DNA from: a virus
Taxonomy: Duplodnaviria; Caudoviricetes
Direction: 5' to 3' (one strand)
Virus record (IMG/VR): IMGVR_UViG_3300042363_001351
Coordinates: 32,001-96,000 of that record
Length of the DNA: 64,000 nucleotides
Shown here: one piece after another, positions 10,600 through 21,161 of the stretch
Layout of the letters: each line of letters opens with the position of its first letter
Position numbering within the stretch: the stretch's first letter is position 1
Made by a program: the position numbers and the translations under genes
The notes under the pieces: model-generated
Databases searched by the model: none
What the model was told of the DNA's origin: nothing
Seen by the model: only the letters and a program-made list of their open reading frames with translations

Positions 10600-11382
10600 A
10601 TGCCTACCAACTTTAACGACTTTACACAAGGTACTACTCTATCTGAAACAGATCAGATAGTAGGGTTTACAAATACTAACGCTGGAGGCGAGCGTAAGTG
10701 GTTACTGGGAAATTTAAGAAACTCATTAATAACTGGTGCAGCAACAACAATAGATACTGAGAACTTAGCAGCAAATAAAGCGCTAGTATCGGACGCTAGT
10801 GGTAAAGTTGGCGCTTCATCTGTTACTTCTACAGAGATCGGATATCTAGGAGGTGTTACCACAAACGTACAACAAAGTCTAGTTCCAGCAGGAGCTGTTA
10901 TGTCTTTCGCTATGTCAGCAGCGCCAACTGGATGGCTTGAATGTAACGGCCAAGCAGTTAATCGTTCAGGTCCTAGTGGTTATCCAGCTTTATTTGCTGC
11001 AATTGGTACTACTTACGGTGTAGGTGATAATAGCACAACATTTAACTTACCAGATTTAAGAGGTGAGTTTATAAGAGGTTGGGATAATAGTAGAGGTGTA
11101 GACACGGGTCGCACGTTCGGTTCGAGTCAAAAAGGTACTATTACTATAGTTGATCCAAGTAATACTTCTAATAACGTAGCAGGAATTTATGCACAGTCAG
11201 ATTATAATACAACTACCTTTGCACCAATTGCTGGGTATGATATAATTAATATTGCAAATTATGCAGGGGTGTATCGATCTAGTATTGTGGGTATGGGAGC
11301 TGGGGCACTTGAGACAAATGGTTTCGGTCAAGGTGCAACAAGACCTCGCAACATCGCGATGTTTTATTGCATTAAATTCTAA
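10600..11382 (+). CDS. Tail collar domain / short tail fibre protein
   Basis: PAGAVMSFA..APTGWLECNGQ..YPALFAAIGTTYG..FNLPDLRGEFIRGWD..RPRNIAMFYCIKF. Confidence 0.85.
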   Translation: MPTNFNDFTQGTTLSETDQIVGFTNTNAGGERKWLLGNLRNSLITGAATTIDTENLAANKALVSDASGKVGASSVTSTEIGYLGGVTTNVQQSLVPAGAVMSFAMSAAPTGWLECNGQAVNRSGPSGYPALFAAIGTTYGVGDNSTTFNLPDLRGEFIRGWDNSRGVDTGRTFGSSQKGTITIVDPSNTSNNVAGIYAQSDYNTTTFAPIAGYDIINIANYAGVYRSSIVGMGAGALETNGFGQGATRPRNIAMFYCIKF

Positions 11383-11495
11383 TTTAATTAGTAACGTATA
11401 ATCTACTAAATAGGAGAGATAACGGATTGGCGAATAAATATAAAAAGCCAAATGAATCTGATTCTCTCACTATTAAAAAGTAAATTATACGAAAG

Positions 11496-11969
11496 ATGCT
11501 GATTAGACCATTAGATGAGAATAATTTATTACCTTCAGTAACTGATGAGCCAGAAATATATCAGTTGCAGGAGCCTTATGTATCTCTCCCACCGAAAATA
11601 AACAATTTTTTTCCTATTAGATTACAGGGAGAGGATTCTTCCTTTATAAATATAACCCTAGTCGGGGGAGGTGTTGCAGGGGTTAATAATATAGGTACTA
11701 TTAACTGTGAAAATATAGCCGTTTTAGACGATTTGTGCAATTTCGGATATAAAGTAAAAATACAAGAAACAGGCGAAACTCTAAGTAGAATAAGTCGCAC
11801 TACGTTTACTAATGAGGTCAGCTCGTTAGTTCTTAGCTTGGTAAGTTATGATTTAGGATGGCAGCTGACAACAGCAGACCCATACAATATCTATTATAAC
11901 AATAGACTTACACCTATAGGTTTATTTACAGGTACACAAAATTTAAGCGTAATATATACAAATGAGTGA
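11496..11969 (+). CDS. Hypothetical protein, probably structural
   Basis: 157 aa ORF in the tail cluster, overlapping the start of the next gene. Confidence 0.5.
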   Translation: MLIRPLDENNLLPSVTDEPEIYQLQEPYVSLPPKINNFFPIRLQGEDSSFINITLVGGGVAGVNNIGTINCENIAVLDDLCNFGYKVKIQETGETLSRISRTTFTNEVSSLVLSLVSYDLGWQLTTADPYNIYYNNRLTPIGLFTGTQNLSVIYTNE

Positions 11970-14949
11970 GATTAATTATAATATAGGATTATGCGGAGAG
12001 TTTAGATTGACTGTTCTAGATAATAAAACAGTTATTAGCGATACAGGATGGTGTAAGAATACTATATTATCTGGTGGTCTAGCGTACCTCGCTGATAACT
12101 CTCTTCTTCAAAGCTTAAATTATATTGAATTTGGTACCGACGGATCTAATGTAGGAGATTATACACTAGCAGGAGTAATGTCACCCTGTTTAAATACAGA
12201 GTTAGCTAATATCTCGAGTAACAATATTCAATATTACCCCGTTAATAAAAGCACGCAGGTATATTACTCTACTTACAGTTCGTCTTATGTAACAGCGAGA
12301 GATGAAGTAATAAGTGAGTTCTGCATTAAAACAATAGATAAGACTGGGTTCTCTAGAGCAGTTTTACCTATACCTGTTACAGTAAGCGTAGGTCAAAATG
12401 TAAATTTCGAATATAGAGTATCAGTCGATTATAACAACGAGAACATCTCTAATGTAGAGTTTGTGACATATGATGGTAGTAGCTTCTTTATTCCGGTAAC
12501 CTCCAAGGTATTTAACTTACCTAACTTTGATAATGATTTAAATAAAGCTGGAAGATTAATAGATGATTATCCAATGGTATTGTTGCAAAACAATGAGGAT
12601 CTACCTTCGTTCGGTGATACGTATCCAGCTACTGAGATATATGCTATCAACAACTCACAACAACAATCAACGTTTGCTCCATCTATCGTATATAGTGATA
12701 TTGATTATAATTCAAGAAGTTATTCTGTAATTACAGAATATATGAATTTATCAGCTCCGCCAAACTCAGGGATATTTGAAAACATCAATACAGCATTACT
12801 TAAGTATAAAAATGATGGTGTTATACTTTCTAGATTTCAATATCCACTAGCTCTATATAGCACAAGCCTATATTACAATCCATCAGTCATTAATAGCAGC
12901 AATCTTATCTCTCTATACTATAAGTACACTTGGAGCGAAACCCTTACATCAACGTTTCAGACTCCAACTACATTTACCCTGTCTGCGCCTCAATTAATAC
13001 CTTGCAATATTAACCTATTTGTTGATTTATTTCCTAATAGCTTTTTAACTATTCACAGTAATAATTTAACCGCTCCTAATGCACCAGGTAATACCTCAAT
13101 AATTAGAGTATCTTTACTAAGCTCATATTTATATAATATAAATATTGACTATTTTTCTCCGGATATAGATTCATCTGCTTATCAGTACGGACCTTCACCA
13201 TACAAGATTATCGTTTTCGATAATAATAACGACCCTATATCTAATACCGGATATGTCTTCCCGGATGTATCAAAATCTTGGTCATATAATACTGCACCTT
13301 TCGACTCTCTTAATTATTACAATGATAAATTAAGAAGGTTGTCGAACGAGACTATAAGTGGATCTATCTCCGGTACAACTCTATTAACTAATATATCAGT
13401 AGGTAGTGACAGGAGCTATATAGACGTATTAGTGAATTCACCCTTTGTAGGAACTTCTTGGACTATAGTCTTAGATACTATGGTTAGAGAGTCAACACCT
13501 CTACCACTTCCAGAAGAGATTACACTAATAGATACTATAAGTGGCATAGCTATAATAGAAGATGGTACATTTGAATCTATAATAACAAACTGCAACCAGG
13601 TATTTAGTTCAGGTGGTCAGGGAGTACAAATTATACCTATTGAGTTTGGTACCTATACCGGCTGGTTTGGTATATCGTATAATGCATATACTGTACCTGA
13701 TAAGTTTGATATTTCATGGAACGGTAATATGTATACATCAAAATATGTAGGAGAGGATGGATATAATAACGAGTTAATAGAAGCAGGAGTACCACTATCA
13801 AGTATTAATACTGCTAGCCCTGGCAACGGAACAGGCACTCTGTATATTTACAAACCACTACCGACTCCTTCGCAAGGTGTAGTAACTGTAACTGGGCCTC
13901 TAGCAGGAACAGCATGGCAGGTAGGAGCTATCTGTCCAGGTACAAGTGACCCTACAAGTACGCTTAATCTTAAGACACCGCAATATGATTTCGGCCCAGG
14001 AATACCTCTAAGTGCTGGACCTGTTATAACAGACATATTAGGTATATGGGCAAGAGAAGGATGGGTGAATGATAAGCCTTATTATACTAACTATAATGCT
14101 AATGGAAGCTTAATATGGTCAGTATCGTCCTGGAAAATAACCATAGGCAACAATATCGTATTCATCTCTGAAGAAGATACGGAAGATATAACCACTATTA
14201 GTCTATGGGAAAATGAAGGTAATCCTTACACTATTAATATAGATGGATTGCAGCTTATTACAACTACCATGCTTATCGATAATATAGCGAATATAGATAA
14301 CGGTACGTTAAGCCCTGTAGCTGGTATACTGACTGTCACAGGTGGTATTATAAGCATAGGAAGCTTTAATGATGGTGCGTTAATTTCTAAAGGTTTAACA
14401 GTAATAACAAACAGCACTATCGATAATATAGGCAATATAGCAGATGGGTCTTTTGCATCGAGCGTGATATCAACTACCGGAACAATAAATGGTAACATAG
14501 CGATTATTGAAAATGGAGCTATGGATTCGCCTGATAAAATATTCTTAACGTCTTTTATTAATTATATTTCACAAGCCGATGACGGTTCATTGGAGTCTGA
14601 CGTTCTTATAACTCTTGAAAACGTAATAAGTTATATTTCTACTATTGATAATGGTTCATTAGGATCTACCAGCATACAGCTCATAACAGATCTAATTACA
14701 AACTTAGCTACTATAGATGATAGTAGTTTAATATCTAACCGTCTAATGAGTATCATTAACAGCTCTATTATTAATATTGGTAATATAGGTGACGGTAGTT
14801 TAATATCTAACCGTCTAATGAGTATCATTAATAGCTCTATTATTAATATAGGTACTATAGATGATAGTAGTTTAATATCTAACCGTCTAATGAGTATTAT
14901 CGATATTATTAATTACATTACAAGTTTAGATGATGGCACCTTTGGGTAA
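11962..14949 (+). CDS. Large structural protein with C-terminal ~24-aa repeats
   Basis: 995 aa; many I.NI..IDDGSL repeats; tail context. Confidence 0.55.
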   Translation: MSEINYNIGLCGEFRLTVLDNKTVISDTGWCKNTILSGGLAYLADNSLLQSLNYIEFGTDGSNVGDYTLAGVMSPCLNTELANISSNNIQYYPVNKSTQVYYSTYSSSYVTARDEVISEFCIKTIDKTGFSRAVLPIPVTVSVGQNVNFEYRVSVDYNNENISNVEFVTYDGSSFFIPVTSKVFNLPNFDNDLNKAGRLIDDYPMVLLQNNEDLPSFGDTYPATEIYAINNSQQQSTFAPSIVYSDIDYNSRSYSVITEYMNLSAPPNSGIFENINTALLKYKNDGVILSRFQYPLALYSTSLYYNPSVINSSNLISLYYKYTWSETLTSTFQTPTTFTLSAPQLIPCNINLFVDLFPNSFLTIHSNNLTAPNAPGNTSIIRVSLLSSYLYNINIDYFSPDIDSSAYQYGPSPYKIIVFDNNNDPISNTGYVFPDVSKSWSYNTAPFDSLNYYNDKLRRLSNETISGSISGTTLLTNISVGSDRSYIDVLVNSPFVGTSWTIVLDTMVRESTPLPLPEEITLIDTISGIAIIEDGTFESIITNCNQVFSSGGQGVQIIPIEFGTYTGWFGISYNAYTVPDKFDISWNGNMYTSKYVGEDGYNNELIEAGVPLSSINTASPGNGTGTLYIYKPLPTPSQGVVTVTGPLAGTAWQVGAICPGTSDPTSTLNLKTPQYDFGPGIPLSAGPVITDILGIWAREGWVNDKPYYTNYNANGSLIWSVSSWKITIGNNIVFISEEDTEDITTISLWENEGNPYTINIDGLQLITTTMLIDNIANIDNGTLSPVAGILTVTGGIISIGSFNDGALISKGLTVITNSTIDNIGNIADGSFASSVISTTGTINGNIAIIENGAMDSPDKIFLTSFINYISQADDGSLESDVLITLENVISYISTIDNGSLGSTSIQLITDLITNLATIDDSSLISNRLMSIINSSIINIGNIGDGSLISNRLMSIINSSIINIGTIDDSSLISNRLMSIIDIINYITSLDDGTFG
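14711..14900 (+). repeat. 72-bp tandem repeat, about 2.6 near-identical copies (24 aa unit)
   Basis: atatctaaccgtctaatgagtat starts at 14731, 14803 and 14875. Confidence 0.95.
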
Positions 14950-14998
14950 TATTTTTTATAAAGTTGAGTTATTTTAATAAAAGACAATAAATATAAAC

Positions 14999-15826
14999 AT
15001 GAATATTAATTTATCAACGATAAATGGAATCTTAAGCGGGAATATAAACCTTGCTTCTGCTACCGTAAAATCGCTTTTAACTCTTGAAGACAACTCCCCG
15101 GTTAAGAATTACCTCTCTGACTTTGCGAGCGGTACGATCAACTATATAAGTCAACCATTTATTACAGCTGTTAGCGCTAGTGGTGGTACTTATGGCTCTA
15201 CTAAAGGCGCTTATTTATCAGCTAACTCTTGCTTATTTACAAATATAACCTCTGACTATACTAGTCAGACTGTTTATCTATATAATTTCATTGACACTGG
15301 AGATCCTGCAACCAGTAATATTATATCTTGGCAAAACTTTTACAGTCCTACAATTATTGGAGCTACCACATTTAAAATAAACGATGATAAGCTATTTAAT
15401 TTAGTAGATGGAAGCTATTCCTACAAGACACTTTATAGAGATTTCCGCTTAAATCTCATTAACAACAACATCGGCAATTTACAAAATTTAAACATAGGCT
15501 GCGCTCTATTATCCTCATCCTACACACCTGATGTTCAACATGCATCCTTCGGTACTATATCTTCACATATTATTTCACAAGTAACAGTACCAGGAACTTA
15601 TGTTATTGATGGTGGTTTAAAATCTACACAAAACTATATTGAGTTTCCTGCAGGTACTGGTGTTATTAGTTCTGTAGTATTCTATGTTAGTAGTACAACT
15701 CCCGAAAACATTAAATTAATGGGGTACTATAATACAAGTAGCACTCTTTCACCTGCTACACTTACAGCTACAGGAAACGCATTATATGTCAAGCTATATC
15801 AAAATACTATTTTTGACTTAGCGTAA
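14999..15826 (+). CDS. Hypothetical virion protein
   Basis: S/T/N-rich, 275 aa; TAAATA upstream. Confidence 0.5.
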   Translation: MNINLSTINGILSGNINLASATVKSLLTLEDNSPVKNYLSDFASGTINYISQPFITAVSASGGTYGSTKGAYLSANSCLFTNITSDYTSQTVYLYNFIDTGDPATSNIISWQNFYSPTIIGATTFKINDDKLFNLVDGSYSYKTLYRDFRLNLINNNIGNLQNLNIGCALLSSSYTPDVQHASFGTISSHIISQVTVPGTYVIDGGLKSTQNYIEFPAGTGVISSVVFYVSSTTPENIKLMGYYNTSSTLSPATLTATGNALYVKLYQNTIFDLA

Positions 15827-15829
15827 CAA

Positions 15830-16072
15830 TTAAATTCTACCAAGTACTGCCTCAACGGTGAGATCATGCTTCATTGAGTGAAATCTCTCTTCTATGTATT
15901 TTTGAAACGCTAGAGGCTTGACCCAATCGTCTGTCTCCATACTTTCACCGAGCTCTTCATACTTTTTTGATACTTGCTCGATACCCTCTATGAGACAAGC
16001 CCATCTAGTAAGCTCATCAATACCCATCTCTTTTACTTGTCCGTTTTTTAGTTCAAATTTGAATTTGTTCAT
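15830..16072 (-). CDS. Hypothetical protein
   Basis: 80 aa; ATGA coupling to the upstream gene. Confidence 0.6.
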   Translation of the reverse strand: MNKFKFELKNGQVKEMGIDELTRWACLIEGIEQVSKKYEELGESMETDDWVKPLAFQKYIEERFHSMKHDLTVEAVLGRI

Positions 16073-16482
16073 GCCTTATTATCCGAAAGTTCCTTTTCCT
16101 TTAATTGATTAAAGACATTGGCAATGTTTAACGGTTCAGTGAGGAGAACAGTCTCGTAATTGAGTTCAACTTTAAATTGACTGCCGCACTTTTCACACAA
16201 AAACGAATTTTCAGTATTATAAAATACTGGAGCAGTAAATGTATTTTTACCGCAGGGACAGGAAATAGGTATGGTCTGTAAGTTTATTATTTCTTCACTA
16301 AGATTTGTCTCTTGTTCTTTTGATTCGTTTTTCTTGAGAGATAAAAAATAAAATCCTAAAAATTGTGCAATTACTGCACCAACAAATCCCTGCCAAAAAC
16401 CTATAACATCTTTCAATACAAACCCTATTCCAGAGCTAATTAATAAAGTAATACCTAACGAGAATGTTAATAACCTAAGCAT
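16069..16482 (-). CDS. Membrane protein with two TM helices and a Zn-ribbon-like motif
   Basis: Two hydrophobic N-terminal segments; CPCG...CEKCG. Confidence 0.6.
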   Translation of the reverse strand: MLRLLTFSLGITLLISSGIGFVLKDVIGFWQGFVGAVIAQFLGFYFLSLKKNESKEQETNLSEEIINLQTIPISCPCGKNTFTAPVFYNTENSFLCEKCGSQFKVELNYETVLLTEPLNIANVFNQLKEKELSDNKA

Positions 16483-16495
16483 ACTTTATTTTATA

Positions 16496-16825
16496 TTACA
16501 AATAAAGTTTATCAATACAATTAGATAAATCCATAGTTATTTTTTGCCCTATTTCGTCAATAATTTTTAACGAATCCTTAATAGCTTGCTTATTTCTTTT
16601 TGGCTCCTTTTCAGTTAAATTTAAACTTTTTTTAATTTCAAGTAACGATATATACATATCGCTTAAGTGCTCTTTTAGACTTTCGCTAGTAAAGGGAAGA
16701 GTTTTAGATGCTTTTTGATCTTGTTCCTCTTTTTGATGTACTTTGAATTGATTAGATATATCCATATTTAAATTAGGAGCAGCGTTAGATGCGTGGGTGG
16801 AGTATGGATTTGTTGTACTATTCAT
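16496..16825 (-). CDS. Hypothetical late protein
   Basis: TAAATA 6 nt upstream of ATG. Confidence 0.6.
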   Translation of the reverse strand: MNSTTNPYSTHASNAAPNLNMDISNQFKVHQKEEQDQKASKTLPFTSESLKEHLSDMYISLLEIKKSLNLTEKEPKRNKQAIKDSLKIIDEIGQKITMDLSNCIDKLYL

Positions 16826-16858
16826 TGTAAATATTTATGCAATTGAATAAATAATTGT

Positions 16859-17284
16859 ATGAGTAAGTTTGAAAATAGATTCTTTAAAGTGTTAAATGAA
16901 CAAGATGAAGATAGAGCGGCAATGCTCTCTACATTAGATAGAGATACAAATCCGGAAGATTTTGACACAGAGACTAATACACCTACCGATATTAACGATC
17001 CAAATTCAGCAGTATCCAGAGCTTTATCAGAAAGAGAAGCAGCTATGGTTTCGCAGGTTCGCGAATGGGTTACAAGTATGGAGGAGTTTCTAGAGAACTT
17101 AAACGGTACAGAAAATTCTATTCAAACTGCACTAGCTAATGCTGAAGCAGATACACTATTAGATAAAATGAAGCAATCTGAGCAAAGAAAAATTGCGAGA
17201 GTTGCAACAGAACTAGCAGCTCTAGCTGAATCCTTTAAAGGCTTCTTAGCGCAGTCAAATAACTCGTCTTTAAAATACGTCTAA
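16859..17284 (+). CDS. Hypothetical late protein, candidate head internal/core protein
   Basis: TAAATA upstream; N-terminus MSKFENRFFKVLNE; acidic, helical. Confidence 0.55.
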   Translation: MSKFENRFFKVLNEQDEDRAAMLSTLDRDTNPEDFDTETNTPTDINDPNSAVSRALSEREAAMVSQVREWVTSMEEFLENLNGTENSIQTALANAEADTLLDKMKQSEQRKIARVATELAALAESFKGFLAQSNNSSLKYV

Positions 17285-18324
17285 CGTTTATTTTTAATAT
17301 TTGCAAGTCTAATAATACCTTCGAGATTCTCGAAGGTATTTTTTTCTATAAATTCATGCCCCACTTCATTAATCTTACATGCAATGCATATATCATTAAA
17401 GTCTTTAAACTTTCTACCAAATTTCTCAGGCCATATAAAAACCTTTTCGCCATTCTTGAGTAATATTTCGCTCTTATTTAAAGAAGCGTCATCTATCCAT
17501 TGACTATCAAGTACCCATATTTTATCATACCACCTCAAAACTGTGTCTATTTGTTGTTGTTGTCTTTTAGTAAATGTAGCACTACCTCTATCAGTAATAC
17601 CGGCGACCGCTACACTATTTTTAGTAAAGAAAGCATTTAAAGGTCCCTCAAATATAAAGACACTCTTATAGCTTTCACTTATTCTATCTATATTAAATAG
17701 TGTTTTTTCAGCTCCTATCCTGGAGATATATTTTGGTCTTGATTTGTTATCACTTTGAACTACTGTTCTTGATTGATAAAACTCAATATCTTTATTTTCA
17801 TTTATAAAAGGGATTATTAATCTATTTTTATGCACTCTATCAACAAGCGATACATATAGCGAATCAGGTCTATTAACAGCCGTATTAAGTCTTCTAGATT
17901 CAATTAATTTAATACAAGCATTTACTATAGAATTAGTCTTATAAAACTCCACTTGAGTGAGATCACTTAAATTAATGGAGTCTTTCGGAAGGGTTTCAGT
18001 TTTAATTTTAACTATTTCCTGCTCAGAAACCTCTATAACATCCTGTTCGTCTACATACTGCTTAATTTCATCTATAATTTCTGCATCAGTCTTTCCTGAT
18101 ACTTCCTTTACCCACTTTATGGGTTTACTAGACCATCCGCAGTTATGACAGAAAATATTATCATTTTTGGGTATATAATAACATCTACGCTTTTTACCTA
18201 AAGAGCCACCCTCTCTACATATGCAACAACCTCCCTGATATGTATTATTAAATTTATTGAATCTGGGTTGATATATATATTGAAAGAACTTACTAACTGT
18301 ATACTCTTCAGGAATATTAATCAT
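17281..18324 (-). CDS. DNA primase (T4 gp61-like)
   Basis: Zn finger CCIC..CHNC; RLIIPF; Toprim-like FIFEGPLNA..WVLD..KDFND. Confidence 0.9.
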   Translation of the reverse strand: MINIPEEYTVSKFFQYIYQPRFNKFNNTYQGGCCICREGGSLGKKRRCYYIPKNDNIFCHNCGWSSKPIKWVKEVSGKTDAEIIDEIKQYVDEQDVIEVSEQEIVKIKTETLPKDSINLSDLTQVEFYKTNSIVNACIKLIESRRLNTAVNRPDSLYVSLVDRVHKNRLIIPFINENKDIEFYQSRTVVQSDNKSRPKYISRIGAEKTLFNIDRISESYKSVFIFEGPLNAFFTKNSVAVAGITDRGSATFTKRQQQQIDTVLRWYDKIWVLDSQWIDDASLNKSEILLKNGEKVFIWPEKFGRKFKDFNDICIACKINEVGHEFIEKNTFENLEGIIRLANIKNKR

Positions 18325-19193
18325 GTAAAAAGAGATTGTAGTTTATTTCTCAAGAAAAACAACGAATACCACGACTCCTTCTTTTTTAAAATTGCGTTAA
18401 AATTACGCATATTACACTCATCAATAAATGCTGACCAATTAGCTTCAACGGGAGTATCTAATTGTTCTTGATAATACTTACATTCATCATCCATAGTCAT
18501 AACTTTACCTAAGTTAAATAAACTAAAGTTCCTATCATAGATAGCCATTTGCTCCTCGTTTAAAAGAATCTCACCGTCAATCCATTTTTTAATTTTTGCT
18601 TTACCAAATTTTTCAATACCTGGTACGTTATCTGATTTATCACCCGTACAGCACTTAGCAGTCATCCAGTCACCTACATTAGGCCAGCCCGTCTCTTCTT
18701 CGAAATTTACTACTGTATATTCCTTTTTACGGATAGGGTCGTAAAGTGTAGTATCTTGCTGCACGAGCTGCAGAAAGTCTCTATCAACAGATACAATTAC
18801 TTTCTGACCTTGAGATTTATTACAGATATAAGAAATAATATCGTCTGCTTCAAGCTCTCTAGGAAAAATAGATGGAATTCCAAGATGACGAAGTATCAGC
18901 TTGATAGCATTATTGTTTTGATGCGGTGTAATATCAGAGGATCTATTACCTTTATACTCACTAAATTGTGTCTTTCGCTCGTTTACTTGGTAGTCCGGTT
19001 TCTCATCCCAGACGAAAATAGTATTATCAGAGTTAAATTTTGTAACGTATGAAAATACAGCGTTTAAAGTAAAATAAATGTGAAAGTTACTAACTTGATC
19101 GGGCGTATCGGTATTAGTGCGCTTCGATTGACTCTTCGCCGTCCAGAACGTTCGATGTATGAGGTTGTTCCCGTCTATTAATAGTTTTTTCAT
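18321..19193 (-). CDS. rnh: RNase H / 5'-3' exonuclease (T4 Rnh-like)
   Basis: LLIDGNN, YKGNR, LEADDII, SVDRDFLQL, GDKSDNVPGI. Confidence 0.9.
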   Translation of the reverse strand: MKKLLIDGNNLIHRTFWTAKSQSKRTNTDTPDQVSNFHIYFTLNAVFSYVTKFNSDNTIFVWDEKPDYQVNERKTQFSEYKGNRSSDITPHQNNNAIKLILRHLGIPSIFPRELEADDIISYICNKSQGQKVIVSVDRDFLQLVQQDTTLYDPIRKKEYTVVNFEEETGWPNVGDWMTAKCCTGDKSDNVPGIEKFGKAKIKKWIDGEILLNEEQMAIYDRNFSLFNLGKVMTMDDECKYYQEQLDTPVEANWSAFIDECNMRNFNAILKKKESWYSLFFLRNKLQSLFT

Positions 19194-19437
19194 TTTTTGC
19201 GTATTGGGCTGTGGATGTCTTTAAAACGTAACTTGGAGCTCGCTCTACATATCTGAGTATATTATTGTTCCTTCCATGATCAAATATAATTTTAGGAACA
19301 ACCCTATTTACCATTTTAGGAATAGATAAAAAACAATAATCAACCGCTTCACTTTTAATATATATTAACATCTCACCAGCGTAAGTACCGGTATGAACTG
19401 CATATATATCTCCTAGAGTTAGTTTTTTACTGGCCAT
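19114..19437 (-). CDS. Hypothetical protein
   Basis: 107 aa ORF in the operon; 3' end overlaps rnh. Confidence 0.5.
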   Translation of the reverse strand: MASKKLTLGDIYAVHTGTYAGEMLIYIKSEAVDYCFLSIPKMVNRVVPKIIFDHGRNNNILRYVERAPSYVLKTSTAQYAKNEKTINRREQPHTSNVLDGEESIEAH

Positions 19438-19714
19438 TTTCGTACATTAAATACGATATATATTTTATTGCAAGAGAAGAGAGAGCATCTTTTTCCATTG
19501 GAGTTTTAGCATGCTTTAAAATAATAGGCTTACCGTTAAGATCATAACCTATGACTACAAAATTTGTAAGAAACTCTTTTAATGTTGAAGCAAGAGCGTT
19601 TTCTAATTGTATTTTTTTATTATATTTTTTCTTCCCCTCGTAATTATTTTTAAGCGCATCCTTAATAAGATCTTTTATATCCTCTTCAGAGAACATATTA
19701 TCATCAGAGCTCAT
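19427..19714 (-). CDS. Hypothetical protein (start probably ATG 19714)
   Basis: TAAATA 5 nt upstream of ATG 19714. Confidence 0.55.
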   Translation of the reverse strand: MSSDDNMFSEEDIKDLIKDALKNNYEGKKKYNKKIQLENALASTLKEFLTNFVVIGYDLNGKPIILKHAKTPMEKDALSSLAIKYISYLMYENGQ

Positions 19715-20042
19715 AATTATATTTAGTACCACTATCTATTTGTGGAATACCTCTTTCAATAAGAGTTGTAACTACTACTTCAATAGAGGTAGTTTTAAGA
19801 GAAAAGTTTTTTGGGAATAATCTTCCACCATCGCTAAATTCAAACATTTTCTCACTCTTAAAATCTCTGTTTTCATAACATGTAACAAAAACTGAAGTAT
19901 TACCTGGATCGATCATTACGGTCCATTTACGTGGATCAGACTGAGCATAATTATTACAAATCTTCCATACATTAAATCCGCTATCTTTAAGACGCTTTAC
20001 AAAGTACGAAAGAGTGGTAATTTTATTTTTATTAATATTCAT
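19704..20042 (-). CDS. Hypothetical protein
   Basis: 112 aa; coupled to the clamp gene. Confidence 0.6.
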   Translation of the reverse strand: MNINKNKITTLSYFVKRLKDSGFNVWKICNNYAQSDPRKWTVMIDPGNTSVFVTCYENRDFKSEKMFEFSDGGRLFPKNFSLKTTSIEVVVTTLIERGIPQIDSGTKYNYEL

Positions 20043-20773
20043 TGTGTGAGAGATGTTATAATATATTTTAATTTAATACTATTATTTAAGATATCAATAA
20101 CGGTTACACCGTATTCTGTGTTAATACCGAAATTTATATCTTCATTAATAAAAGACAATAATTTAATATTATCAAAGTTTAGAGGTAGAGGAGATAGTTC
20201 AAAATTCACCTCTCCTAGATCAATAGCAAAAACATCAGTATTATGTCTTGCTCTATCTGTTAATTCACCCTTTAACCTACCACTTTCGGTATAGAGATAT
20301 AGCTTGTTAGTCTCTGACGCAAAAGTACTACCTTTAATAATTGAGTTAATTGTATCTTTCTTAAGAGTAAACTTAACGTTGTAGTTAAAGCTTTTAATCT
20401 TATCTATATTGATAGACGGCTTAGTTAAAAAGCCATCTTCATAAAGATGATATTTAAACTTTAGTGATTTACCTTTATATTCTATATTGTTAGAGTTAAC
20501 AAACAGGCTAACGTCCTTTGTATCAATCGAATCTACAACTCTAGTAAGTTTCTTAATATCAGGAATATTAATACTACCATTATAGTTTACGTCTATATTT
20601 GACAGTTCGCTATATAATATAAGAGTATTATCTGCTGAAGATATTAGTGAGGATATTAAACCAAGATCTTGATTTGCGTTTAATATAGTCGACTCGTTTA
20701 TTTTCGAGATCGCCTCTAGGTACTTGATGCAGTCAATCCGATTTGGAAGCTTTAGTTCTCTTTGGTTTGCCAT
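20039..20773 (-). CDS. Sliding clamp (gp45-like)
   Basis: 244 aa; AISKINES..INIPDIKKL..KFKYHL pattern; replication context. Confidence 0.65.
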   Translation of the reverse strand: MANQRELKLPNRIDCIKYLEAISKINESTILNANQDLGLISSLISSADNTLILYSELSNIDVNYNGSINIPDIKKLTRVVDSIDTKDVSLFVNSNNIEYKGKSLKFKYHLYEDGFLTKPSINIDKIKSFNYNVKFTLKKDTINSIIKGSTFASETNKLYLYTESGRLKGELTDRARHNTDVFAIDLGEVNFELSPLPLNFDNIKLLSFINEDINFGINTEYGVTVIDILNNSIKLKYIITSLTQ

Positions 20774-21161
20774 TCTGTTTTTCTAGTATATCACCTATTC
20801 TAGCTAAGTTCAAGTTAATTTCTTTTAGAATATCAACTATATCATTATTATGAGGTGCTGGTTTAAATTCCTCTACTGGTGTTACATGTGATTGTTCCAC
20901 TACAGCAGGTTCCTGAATGGGTTGAACAGGCTCTATAACAGGCTGTATAGGAGGTTCAATATATTGCTGTGGTGGAGCTTGTTGCATCTCAGCCTGTACA
21001 GGAATACGCAAAGCCTGTTCAAACTGATGCTGTATGTTAGGACTTACCGGTTTAACAAATTGCGAGCTACCCACAATCATCTGATCGGTTTGTTTAGCTT
21101 GCGCGTGTACAGTTCCGAAAAACTGTACTAACGCGCGCTGTTCATCTGGAGTCATGTTCAT
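20733..21161 (-). CDS. Hypothetical P/Q-rich protein
   Basis: 142 aa between gp32 and the clamp. Confidence 0.6.
   Translation of the reverse strand: MNMTPDEQRALVQFFGTVHAQAKQTDQMIVGSSQFVKPVSPNIQHQFEQALRIPVQAEMQQAPPQQYIEPPIQPVIEPVQPIQEPAVVEQSHVTPVEEFKPAPHNNDIVDILKEINLNLARIGDILEKQNGKPKRTKASKSD

Noticed and set aside
14711-14900. CRISPR-like array
   Set aside because: The repeats are contiguous, in-frame 72-bp coding units without unique spacers, and no cas genes are present.
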